DNA of 64,000 bases from an uncultured Planctomycetota bacterium (GTDB taxonomy: Bacteria > Planctomycetota > Planctomycetia > Isosphaerales > Isosphaeraceae). The position numbers and the translations under genes were made by a program. Within the stretch, counting starts at the first letter, position 1; each line of letters starts with the position of its first letter. The DNA lies in contig CAWJTV010000026.1 of assembly GCA_963845755.1 (NCBI GenBank), positions 128,001 through 192,000 on the forward strand, in the 5' to 3' direction. Under the pieces are notes generated by a model. The model did not search any database. It was not told the DNA's origin and was given only the letters and a program-made list of their open reading frames with translations. This document shows, piece by piece, positions 52,183-60,976 of the stretch.

Positions 52183-52395
52183 AAACAGATCGGATGGTCG
52201 GGGACCGCTCCTTGGCGCCAATCCGTGGCCGACATTTCCAACTGTAAGGGAAAACTTGTCGGCTCACAGGCCAACTTGTCTATCTGGTCTTTCGCTGACG
52301 ATGACTTGTTCTTGGGCGTCCGCCCCAAGAAACTCCCGTTATCTTAACCTGGGTCAGCAAACCAACGGGCAATAGCCGGCCTGAACGCTGCCGGA

Positions 52396-52521
52396 TCAGC
52401 CGCGGGCGATATAGAGCGTGTGCCCTGCCTTGACGCGAGTCAAAGTACGGACCCAGGGGCTCTCTGTTTCATCGACATGGCGTTTGACCAGGCCGGTGGA
52501 GTCGAAGAAATAGACCGCCAT
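52396..52521 (-). pseudogene. Truncated PIN/VapC toxin
   Basis: MAVYFFDSTGLVKRHVDE; stops after 41 aa. Confidence 0.75.
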
Positions 52522-52522
52522 G

Positions 52523-52858
52523 TCAGCGGCGCTCGCGGATGATGGTCTCGGAGAGAGGTTCCCCCTTGATGGTGACCGGCTGGTCGTCGGGATCGTCGAA
52601 GTCGGCGGCCGTGTCCGGGAGCTGGCTCATCAGGCCGATCTTCAGCAGGTGTTGGTCGAATTCCGCCTCGGTCATCTTCTTCTTCGGCGGAGCGTCCTTG
52701 TGGCGCTTGACGCGTTTGGCCGGTGCGGCTTTTCCCGGCGTGTCCTGGCGGAGCCGGGTGAGGGCGTCGCGGATCACGTCCTCCTCGCGGGCGTAGCGTC
52801 CGGCGCGCACCGCGTCGTGGACGAACCGCTCCAGGTCTTTAGATAAATGAATCTTCAT
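52523..52858 (-). CDS. ParD-like RHH antitoxin
   Basis: IHLSKDLERFVHDAVRAGRYAREEDVIRDAL; C-terminal GEPLSETIIRERR typical of VapB-type tails. Confidence 0.85.
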   Translation of the reverse strand: MKIHLSKDLERFVHDAVRAGRYAREEDVIRDALTRLRQDTPGKAAPAKRVKRHKDAPPKKKMTEAEFDQHLLKIGLMSQLPDTAADFDDPDDQPVTIKGEPLSETIIRERR

Positions 52859-52879
52859 AGTATGATGTTACTGTGGCTT

Positions 52880-52908
52880 AGATTACCACGACGGCGGGCG
52901 TTTGCCAA
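52880..52908 (-). promoter_or_regulatory. Sigma-70-type promoter
   Basis: TTGGCA-17 bp-TAATCT with TG extended -10. Confidence 0.7.
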
Positions 52909-52974
52909 GTCGTATCGACCGGGCGGACGGTCAGGCATCGAGCTGGGGGAGGCATATCAAGGTGTCGCCGGTCA

Positions 52975-53002
52975 ACCGAACATACATCAACTTATCAGAT
53001 CT
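52975..53002. other. dif/Xer-like site
   Basis: ACCGAACATAC-ATCAAC-TTATCAGATCT; right arm matches that of the 39310 site at 9/11. Confidence 0.5.
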
Positions 53003-53020
53003 GGCAGCGGAAGCGGTCGG

Positions 53021-53428
53021 CTATAGCAGGATCGCAAACCCTTCATACGTTAAATGATTATCATATATCAGGATTTCGCTGATCCCTTCCCGCCGCATTG
53101 CCCCCATCGAAATGCAGTCGGTCAGGCTGTATCCCTTGTCGGGGCGGGCTTGGTAGAGGGCGAATCCGGAAAGGAACGTCTGGTTAGACTGCGGATGAAT
53201 CGAGACCGCCGGGTCAGTATGGAGGTCCCGGACAAGATCAACCGCTTCCTGCCGAAGCAGGCGACCGGCCTCGGAAAATGCGTTCAATACCCCGGTCAAG
53301 ACTTCTTCGGTCGTGACCAGGTGGCATCCCGCGAGGGTACGGCTGGCTTGCACGGCGGCTTAGTGCCATTGGTCTTTGCGGTGAGTGATCGCAATCCAAT
53401 AGAGCGTATCGACGAAGATTCGTCTCAT
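53021..53428 (-). pseudogene. PIN/VapC toxin with internal TAA at codon 23
   Basis: MRRIFVDTLYWIA...DQWH*; DKGYSLTDCIS. Confidence 0.88.
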
Positions 53429-53745
53429 GCTGTAGGCCGCTTCGGCGTTCCATAAAGGTAAAGGTCATGCTGCCCGGCGAGGTCGGTGGGAAGTTTGTCC
53501 CATTCTTCGTCGGGAATGGCGGCAGATCTCTCCAGAATTCGCTCCCAGATTGGCTTCCGTGGCAAGGGGGTAGGCTCCTCGTTGGCTGCTGCCTGCTCAG
53601 GCACGGCATGGGCCTGTTCGTCCTTCAGGCGTTCGAGTAGAAGCGAAGCGGCTTTGGTCATAGCGTCATCGACCGACGCGAAATGTCCGCTATGGACGGC
53701 GGCCTGGATCGAACGTTCGATATGTGGAGGTAAATGGATAGTCAT
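53425..53745 (-). CDS. ParD-like RHH antitoxin
   Basis: IHLPPHIERSIQAAVHSGHFASVDD; LPTDLA.QHD.YLYG.PK tail; ATGA overlap with the PIN gene. Confidence 0.85.
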   Translation of the reverse strand: MTIHLPPHIERSIQAAVHSGHFASVDDAMTKAASLLLERLKDEQAHAVPEQAAANEEPTPLPRKPIWERILERSAAIPDEEWDKLPTDLAGQHDLYLYGTPKRPTA

Positions 53746-53766
53746 TAAGTTATGCTCCTTTGCCCT

Positions 53767-53795
53767 AGATTAGCATGGCCGGAGGTGTTCGCCAA
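53767..53795 (-). promoter_or_regulatory. Sigma-70-type promoter
   Basis: TTGGCG-17 bp-TAATCT with TG extended -10. Confidence 0.7.
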
Positions 53796-53891
53796 GTGGA
53801 GCGGTCAGGCGGGCCGATCGAAAATAACCGCCGCCGCTTCGGGTAAGTATGGTGTTATGTTCCCATTCCACGGGGAAATTAACGTCTTTCG

Positions 53892-54281
53892 TCAATTCGG
53901 CACGAGCAGCGCAGGGTCTTTCAGAGGGGGGTCGGGTTCGACGGAACGCCAAGGATGGACGGCGGCGGCCTCGTATTTTCGCTGGAGCTGGTCCCAATAG
54001 TTCGACCAATAACGCGACAGGTCGGCCTCGCGGCGTTGGTTTGCTGCCGAGTCCTTCCAGGACAGATCGCCCTGGCGGATCTTCTCCTCGGCGTCATCCC
54101 TCATCAGTTCGTGGAGGTCCGCCGCGTCCGCACATGCCCTGGCCGTCGCCTCGTAGAGCGCCGCCCGTCGAAGACAGGAGGTTCGCCATCGCCAGCCGCG
54201 AAAACCAGCGAGTGCGAAGGCCACCAGGACCACCGAGATCATGGTTTGCCTTACCGTGAACCGCACGCGTCGCAACCGCAT
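53892..54281 (-). CDS. Planctomycete hypothetical protein
   Basis: MRLRRVRFTVRQTMISV N-terminus and KYEAAAVHPW..V.PDPP C-terminus. Confidence 0.7.
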   Translation of the reverse strand: MRLRRVRFTVRQTMISVVLVAFALAGFRGWRWRTSCLRRAALYEATARACADAADLHELMRDDAEEKIRQGDLSWKDSAANQRREADLSRYWSNYWDQLQRKYEAAAVHPWRSVEPDPPLKDPALLVPN

Positions 54282-54355
54282 GGGAAGCGGCCTCGAAAGG
54301 TGACAATGGCCCGGGTCAGGCACACCGCCGACGTGGGTATCGTCGCCGGTGCGGG

Positions 54356-54741
54356 TCGTATTTGAGCACGTAGGCCAGGCTTTTGCTGAGGCGGTCGCGG
54401 CCGCGGATGTCAGTCAGCGTCGTCCTCGGGTCGGCGTGCCCGACGAAGTCCTGCAAATCGATGATATCCGATCCCCGCTCGCGGGCGGTGGTGAGGGCGG
54501 TGACGCGCAGCGAATGGGCGGTGACGTTGGGGTCGAGGCCGAAGGCGGCAACGTAGCGGCCGATCCGCTTCTCAACCGCGCTGGTCGTCATCGCCTCGCG
54601 GCGGAAGCCGTCGCGGTCCTGGCCACGCGGCGAGCGGGCGGCGGGAAACAGCGGCCCGGTCGGATCGTCCTTGATGCCGGGCACCTGGCCTGTGAAGGCC
54701 GGGATCGGGTCGGCGGTGGCGGACGAGACGATCTCGCTCAT
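54356..54741 (-). pseudogene. Internally deleted paralog of the tyrosine recombinase
   Basis: PIPAFTGQVPG joined directly to IKDDP; HSLR and GHADPRTT retained, catalytic Tyr position reads Asp. Confidence 0.9.
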
Positions 54742-55163
54742 TGGACCTCCGGCAGTAGCGTGAGCGTGCGGTTCCTCTTGAGGCGGATGACCGAGAAACT
54801 CCGCCGGTCGGTGGTGAAGACGGTGCGGATGTTTTCCCGTTCGGCGAGGTGAGCGAGGGCGGCGTCGGCGAATTGCAGCCCGACATCCTCATAGCGACGC
54901 AGGATGGCGGCGATGGCGGGGAGGTCATCGGCATTCAGGGGCAGGATGTCGAACAACCCGGCGGCCCGGGCGTCGTTGAGGCGGTCGGCGGGCCGTGGGT
55001 AGCGGCGGAGAATCCAGGCGGCTTCGATGAGCACCGGCCAGCAGGTCAAAAGCGGTGGCGACAGGCCGGCGAGGGTTTCGACGCATCGGCGATGGTAAGC
55101 GTCGTTCGCGGCCAGCAAGGCGACCAGGGGACCGGTGTCGAGCAGGATGCAGCGGTCAGTCAC
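54738..55163 (-). CDS. PIN/VapC toxin
   Basis: LLDTGPLVA, TCWPVLIEA, FADAAL, FTTDRR. Confidence 0.9.
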   Translation of the reverse strand: MTDRCILLDTGPLVALLAANDAYHRRCVETLAGLSPPLLTCWPVLIEAAWILRRYPRPADRLNDARAAGLFDILPLNADDLPAIAAILRRYEDVGLQFADAALAHLAERENIRTVFTTDRRSFSVIRLKRNRTLTLLPEVQ

Positions 55164-55407
55164 GCCCGAAGCCTTCCATGTGGGCGGGATGGATGCTCAG
55201 GTCGGACGGGCCGCCCTTGAACACGCCGATGATCCCGGCCCGTTTGGCGATGTCGTGGCACGATTCGCCGGGCATCCGCTTTTGCACGTGCTCCTCCAAT
55301 GCCTGCCGCACGATCTCGGACGGGTTGCCGTTTTTCTCGCGGGCCTCGGCTTCCAGCGCTTGTTTGAGCCGGAGATCGACCCGGACGTTGATGCGTTCCA
55401 TGAGCAT
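55156..55407 (-). CDS. RHH/CopG-type antitoxin
   Basis: RINVRVD...SEIVRQALEE; PSDLS...HMEGFG tail; overlaps the PIN start; GTCAGACA direct repeats upstream at 55429 and 55450. Confidence 0.85.
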   Translation of the reverse strand: MLMERINVRVDLRLKQALEAEAREKNGNPSEIVRQALEEHVQKRMPGESCHDIAKRAGIIGVFKGGPSDLSIHPAHMEGFGRD

Positions 55408-55706
55408 TCTCCATCGAATTCATCGTGTGTCAGACAGCATACCAACACCGTCAGACAAAGCCGACCCTTTCATGCACGCGTGCGCCTGCCGATCGTTGGT
55501 TCGGATCGCCCGCGGCGTTCTCCGGACGAATCGCCCAAGCCGGCGTTTTGCCGACCCGTCCGCAGGTTGGTTTGCTGGGTGCGTGCAACGACGGATGTCA
55601 ATTCTCTGGTAAAGGAAAAAAATGCCCTTTCTTTTCCCGTCCCCTGATTCGACAATCAGGCTACGGCGTTGACGGCACGTATCCTCGGATTCTTGAGGTC
55701 GATGCG

Positions 55707-56210
55707 ATGAACTTGCGGACACGAAAGGCATCCTGGTTCGTTTCGGGCTTGCTCCTCTTTGCCGTGGTGTCGGCCGGCTTCGAGGTGGTCGTGGCTCAGC
55801 CTAAGAGTGAGACTTCAAGTCCGGCGCTCGACACGAGCGAGGCAACTTTTGAATTGGTGGGCGAAAATAAAATTGTAAATATAAACAATATTGCTTATAC
55901 GAGCGATGAGGACAGATTGTTCGATATTTACTTTGCATGCTCATCCTCGAGAGGAGAGGATCCTTTGAGGTTAACCGACGCAAAGGATGTAATGCACGCG
56001 AAATCATATTTTAACGACGAGAAACGGTACGTCAAACACTTTGTAAAATTGAACAAGTACTGTATCAATGTGCGAAATATTGCGTACATCGAATCCAAGG
56101 GTGATTCAGTGATTGTAAGATTCAACGCTCGGATCTCGGATGCATTTGTGAAGGTGACGTTATTTGGTGTTGATGCAGAAATGTTTAGGAAGAAAATGCG
56201 AGAGTTTTAA
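55707..56210 (+). CDS. Exported hypothetical protein, AT-rich, internal duplication
   Basis: GAGG RBS, signal peptide; IVNINNIAY and CINVRNIAY repeats. Confidence 0.75.
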   Translation: MNLRTRKASWFVSGLLLFAVVSAGFEVVVAQPKSETSSPALDTSEATFELVGENKIVNINNIAYTSDEDRLFDIYFACSSSRGEDPLRLTDAKDVMHAKSYFNDEKRYVKHFVKLNKYCINVRNIAYIESKGDSVIVRFNARISDAFVKVTLFGVDAEMFRKKMREF

Positions 56211-56379
56211 TTGAATCACGGTACGCTCGACCTCGTCGAGCGTGATCGGATCGCCGGTGTCGGGCAGTTCCGGCCGTAGGTCGAGCGGAGTCGCCGCGGG
56301 CGGTGGGTCAGGCGTCGGGCTGGGGGAGGCCGAGGCGTACCTTGGGCGAATCGTCCCTGAAACGACCGTGTACGGGGGG

Positions 56380-57591
56380 TTACGTCGGAGCCGGTGCGAT
56401 GCCGTCGGGCGTGACGAGAAAGGGCCGGGGGGTAATCGGATAGCTCGACGTGCGATAATCCTTGCGCAACTGGCGCTCGGTCCGCTGGTTGAAGCGGCGC
56501 CGGTCGGAATAGACAATCAGGGTATCTCGATCCGGGATGCCGGCCCGGAACGGGCTCCCGAGCGGACCGGAGAACAGCCGGTGCAGGTCGGGATGGAGGA
56601 GTCGGCTGGACGCCAACCCGTCGCCGGTGGCGATGACGATCAAGTGTCCCCCGTCCCGCTGCCGCGCCCCTTCCAACTTGGTCGGCCAGGAAAGCCGGGA
56701 CAGGTTTGTGATGGCCACCTCGTGGATGGTCTGAGCATCCGTCTCCCAGCGGTCCACGTCCGCGGTGGTCACGAACCGGAAGATGTCCTTGCTCCGGAGG
56801 ACGTAACAGATCACCACATCGGTGAGCCATTCACTTACGAGCGAATGCCGGGCGGCGGAATCGGACTGGAGGTAGCTGCGAGGCTTCAAGACGGGGAGCA
56901 AGCGAGCTTGTGCCTCGTCCCAGATTTCCTGCCCGAGCGGCTGATCCATGGATTGGGCCAGGCTCTGCACGAAATGCTGGATGATCTGGACCCGACGGCC
57001 AGGAGCCGCGCGCACCTCCCGATGGAGGTTGCTCAGGAACACGACGCGGTTGTGCCCGCGGATCCCTTTCTCGTCGGCCTGGAAGTCTTGCTCGGGATGT
57101 CGCTCCCGCAACAGCGCCAGCACCTCGTTGGTCAGTTGTCGCAGGGCCAGCTCCTCGTCGCGCGTGATCTCCAGGGTGGCCATCAATTGCTCGAAGGGCG
57201 GGTTCCAGATGTCGCGCTCCGCCGCCGGGACCTGGCTGCTGGCGAAGAGCACCACATCGCCGCCTGCGATCAGCCAGTAATGGCCGCCTTCCCCCTCCTT
57301 GTGGACATCGGCCTTGACGCCGTAGTGGCGCAGGGTCGGATCGCGGCGGACGTTGCCCCCCTCCATGTGCGGGAGCACCTGGGTGAGGATCTTGGGAAGC
57401 TCCTCGGTCAGTCGGCCGCTGTCCACGCTGACCGGCATCAGGGAAATCCACAGCCCGACATCATCGCGGTCATGGGGCCCGAACCCGCAGGAGGTTGCCT
57501 CGTCTTTCTGGACCTGGTCCCAGTAGTCCGGGTACTCGAGTCGGTAGACTCCCGCGGGATGACGGAATTTCTTCCAATGGATCGGTAACAT
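56380..57591 (-). CDS. DUF1444-like protein with extra N-terminal domain
   Basis: LLPVLK, AITNL, DGLASSRLL, GIPDRDTL, YPITP motifs. Confidence 0.7.
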   Translation of the reverse strand: MLPIHWKKFRHPAGVYRLEYPDYWDQVQKDEATSCGFGPHDRDDVGLWISLMPVSVDSGRLTEELPKILTQVLPHMEGGNVRRDPTLRHYGVKADVHKEGEGGHYWLIAGGDVVLFASSQVPAAERDIWNPPFEQLMATLEITRDEELALRQLTNEVLALLRERHPEQDFQADEKGIRGHNRVVFLSNLHREVRAAPGRRVQIIQHFVQSLAQSMDQPLGQEIWDEAQARLLPVLKPRSYLQSDSAARHSLVSEWLTDVVICYVLRSKDIFRFVTTADVDRWETDAQTIHEVAITNLSRLSWPTKLEGARQRDGGHLIVIATGDGLASSRLLHPDLHRLFSGPLGSPFRAGIPDRDTLIVYSDRRRFNQRTERQLRKDYRTSSYPITPRPFLVTPDGIAPAPT

Positions 57592-57877
57592 GATCATCCG
57601 TAGGAAAAAGACAAAACGAACACCCAATCTCGCCTGGAATCCGGCCCGGCGGCCTCCAGCGGGAATTCGTCAACAGTATCCGAAGGTTTGCTCGACGGCC
57701 AGAGGCGCGCTCCTCCGCGGGGGGGTTCCGGGGCAGGAGATGCACCTGGCCGGGCGGGCGGCTCATTCCGGCTGAGGTCGTGCGGCCGGTGCGAAGAGTC
57801 AGAATCCCGGAGTGTTGACGCCGGGTTGACGGACCGCGATTCCGCCTCGGTCCGCTCCTCCGGGCCGAGTGTATCGG

Positions 57878-58222
57878 TCAATTCAACGGACGAAACGGGG
57901 CCGTGAATTCGTCATCCTGAACGGAGCAGAACAAGCTGGGATGTGCCTTGAACTTCGCCCAGAGCACGCCGACCTCATGATCGTCCATCAGGAAGCATCG
58001 ACCCAGATACATACCATCCCGCGGAGCGATCGAATATTTGACGTAAACGCAGTCGGGCCGCTCGGCCAACTGACCAAGCACGTCGGCCAAAAGCGCCTGG
58101 TCCGTGGCCACGAAGCAAAGCTTCTTCTGGCTGAATCGGCTCTCATCCTTCCATGCCGGACCCAGGAATGCCATGAAGTACCCGTCCGGAGTCGGGCGAA
58201 AGATGCTCTCGACCTGCGACAC
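57878..58222 (-). CDS. Hypothetical protein
   Basis: GAGGAGG RBS before GTG 58222. Confidence 0.65.
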   Translation of the reverse strand: MSQVESIFRPTPDGYFMAFLGPAWKDESRFSQKKLCFVATDQALLADVLGQLAERPDCVYVKYSIAPRDGMYLGRCFLMDDHEVGVLWAKFKAHPSLFCSVQDDEFTAPFRPLN

Positions 58223-58299
58223 GGCAACCTCCTCTCGCTTGCCCGGCATCGGCGCCCACCTGTTCGCCGCCGACACCGAGGATACCACGAGTGCCCCTG

Positions 58300-59330
58300 C
58301 GCGGCGATGCCTTGGATCTACAGCGATCCACAGTTGGGTTGCGCTCGCGACGGCAACGCTGTCGCGCCCGGAGATCAGTGCCATCGAGACCGGCCGGCTG
58401 GTCCCCTCGACCGTGACGGCTCTGGCCCTGGCGGCGGCATTCGATTGCCAGGTGGAGCACCTCTTCCGACTGCGCCATCCCGAGACCGATCCGGTTGATT
58501 GGGCCTGGTCCCCCGGTCGTGAGCCCTGCCGATACTGGCACGCCGAGGTGGGTGCGAGCCGGAAGTTCTATCCCGTGGAACCGACCGAGTCGGTCATGGT
58601 GCCTCATGACGGCGTCTACCGGAACGGCTCGTTCTCGCGAGAGATCGAGGCCGACCCGGGGCGAACTCTGGTCATGGCCTGTTGCGACCCCGCGACGGGC
58701 CTGCTGGCCGCCGCGCTCGCCCGCGCCGCGGACGTTCGGCTCATCGCGCTTCCACGGTCCAGCGGCACGGCCCTGGCCCTGCTCGGTCAAGGACGGGTGC
58801 ATGTGGCCGGCGTGCATTTGGCGACGACCGAGCAGCCGGGAGGAAACGCGGCGATCGTCCGGCGCGAGCTCGGGACCGGCTACACTCTGGTCCGGGTCGC
58901 GCGCTGGGAGGAAGGGATTGCCGCGGCAACCCGGCTCCGACTGGCTTCCGTCAGCAATGCCGTGAGTTCCCATCTGAGGTGGATCGGTCGGGAACACGGG
59001 TCCGGGGCACGCCAGTGCCTCGATGAACTCTTCGGTGATCGACGTCCTCCCCGTCGGCTCGCGTCCAGCCATCGCGGCGTCGCCGAGGCCGTTCGTTGCG
59101 GGTGGGCGGATGCGGGGGTCTGCCTCCGCCTCGTGAGCGAGGAGGCCGGCTTGGACTTCCTTCGCGTCCGCGAGGAGGCATATGATATCTGTTTCCCCGA
59201 ACGTTGGGAGGGAGATCCTCGGATCCAGGCCCTGCTCCGCGTCGTGCGCTCGGCGTCTTACCGCAGGGCCCTGGATGACCTGCCCGGTTACCGCAGTGCG
59301 GAGACTGGTGAGGAGCACCGCATCAGTTGA
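58300..59330 (+). CDS. XRE-HTH plus periplasmic-binding-fold (molybdate-binding-like) regulator; N-terminus damaged, start uncertain
   Basis: SRPEISAIETG...LALAAAFDCQVEHLF; HVAGVHL, REHGSGAR, SHRGVAEAV, EEAYD. Confidence 0.8.
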
Positions 59331-59427
59331 TCCGGTAATCCGCGGCGAGTGGCGGGCCTCCGCCGGGGTCAAGGCGCCCTCGAGGGACGTGCGAACGGCG
59401 AGCGGATAGCATGGGAGTTTTCGAGCG

Positions 59428-60870
59428 GTGAAGACACTGGCGATCATCGGTGGCGGATTCTGCGGCACTCTCACCGCGGTCAACCTCGCCCGCTTGAGCA
59501 CCGACACGCTACGCGTGATCATCGTCAACAACCAGTATCCGCTGGGCCGCGGCATCGCCTACGGGACGCTCCGCCCGGAACATCTCCTCAACGTCGTCGC
59601 CCGCAATATGTCGGCGTTCCCGGACCTGCCGTCTCACTTCGTGGACTGGCTCCGCAATCGCGCCGACTTCGCGGAAATCCCGATGGCGGACCTGAGCGAA
59701 CGATTCGTGCCCCGTCGGGTCTATGGCGATTATCTCCAGGACCTCTTGTTCTGGCAGGCACAGCCCTTGGCCGGACCGGGTCGGGTCCAGATCGATCGGA
59801 TCGACGACGAGGTTCTTGACGTGGTCCCGTCCGTCCGCGGCGCGCAGCTCGTTCTGAAGAGCGGCGACCCCTTGGAGGCCGATCGGGTCGTCCTCGCCAC
59901 GGGGAATCTCGCGCCGCACGACCTGATCCCCCCGGGGCCCGTGCACGAGCATCCCGCCTACTGCGCCAACCCGTGGCGTGGGTGGTACGAAAAGCTACCG
60001 GACTCGCGGGAGGATGTCCTCCTGGTCGGGACCGGGCTCACCATGATCGACGTGTTCTTGACCCTCCACACCGTCGGGTGGGACGGGGCGATTTACGCCG
60101 TCTCGCGTAACGGCCTCTTGCCGCTGCCGCACTTCCGAGGGAGCGACTACCCCCCGTTTCCTCCGGACGACGTCGAGACATTGGGCCTGCACGAGCTCGT
60201 GGCGCTGATGGAAGAGCACTGCGGCCGGCTCCGGGCGGACGGGAGGAATCCCGCCGTCGTCGTGGACAAGCTTCGCCCATTCACTCAGCGCATCTGGCGC
60301 AACTTCTCCGTCGCGGAAAAGCAGGAGTTCTCCCGGCAATACCGGACCCGCTGGAACGTCGTGCGGCACCGCATCCCGCCCGCTGTATCCGGGCAGATCG
60401 AGACCGCTCAGGAGGAGAATCGTCTTCACATTCTCAAGGGAAGGCTTCGTGACGTGCGGGGCGAGGGTGAGCAGATCCGGGTGACGATCGACCCGGGGAA
60501 CGGCCAGCCGCCGCACGAACTGGTGGTGGGATTTCTCATCAATTGTACCGGACCCCGAGAGTCTCTCAACGACGCGCCGGAGCCCCTTTTCCGGAAGCTG
60601 TTTGAACGAGGGCTGGTCCGTCCGGACGAGCTGGACATGGGGATCGAGGTCACGCCGGACTTCGCCGTCGTAGGCAATGAGGGGCGAGCCTCGGACTATC
60701 TCTTTGCCATCGGCCCCCTGCTCAGGGGCACCCTCTGGGAGACGACCGCGGTTCCCGAATTGCGCGCCCAGGCTCATCAGGTGGCAAAAGCCCTGCTGGC
60801 CGTCGATCAACGGCGCCAACCGGACTGGGCGCAGGAAACGCCGGCGAACCTGGTGGAATACTACATCTGA
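59428..60870 (+). CDS. FAD/NAD(P)-binding oxidoreductase
   Basis: IIGGGFCG, GRGIAY, HLLNV, LATGN, GTGLTMID, WETTAVPELR. Confidence 0.9.
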   Translation: MKTLAIIGGGFCGTLTAVNLARLSTDTLRVIIVNNQYPLGRGIAYGTLRPEHLLNVVARNMSAFPDLPSHFVDWLRNRADFAEIPMADLSERFVPRRVYGDYLQDLLFWQAQPLAGPGRVQIDRIDDEVLDVVPSVRGAQLVLKSGDPLEADRVVLATGNLAPHDLIPPGPVHEHPAYCANPWRGWYEKLPDSREDVLLVGTGLTMIDVFLTLHTVGWDGAIYAVSRNGLLPLPHFRGSDYPPFPPDDVETLGLHELVALMEEHCGRLRADGRNPAVVVDKLRPFTQRIWRNFSVAEKQEFSRQYRTRWNVVRHRIPPAVSGQIETAQEENRLHILKGRLRDVRGEGEQIRVTIDPGNGQPPHELVVGFLINCTGPRESLNDAPEPLFRKLFERGLVRPDELDMGIEVTPDFAVVGNEGRASDYLFAIGPLLRGTLWETTAVPELRAQAHQVAKALLAVDQRRQPDWAQETPANLVEYYI

Positions 60871-60976
60871 GGGGGAGGACCGATCCGGGGACTGGAGATG
60901 AAGCTACACAACTCAGCGTGCGGTCGTTGAAGGCGCACCCTGGGTTGAAGCTTGCAGGTCCGCTGTAGGGTCCTGA

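Noticed and set aside
52378..52410. Integron attC site
   Set aside because: No complementary second half or GTTRRRY end, and the recombinase shows no recognisable IntI-specific insertion.
56242..57588. Long antisense ORFs (also 17..733, 7906..9447, 10337..11884, 20947..22662, 47427..49151, 58143..59555)
   Set aside because: High-GC shadow frames opposite genes with clear family motifs.
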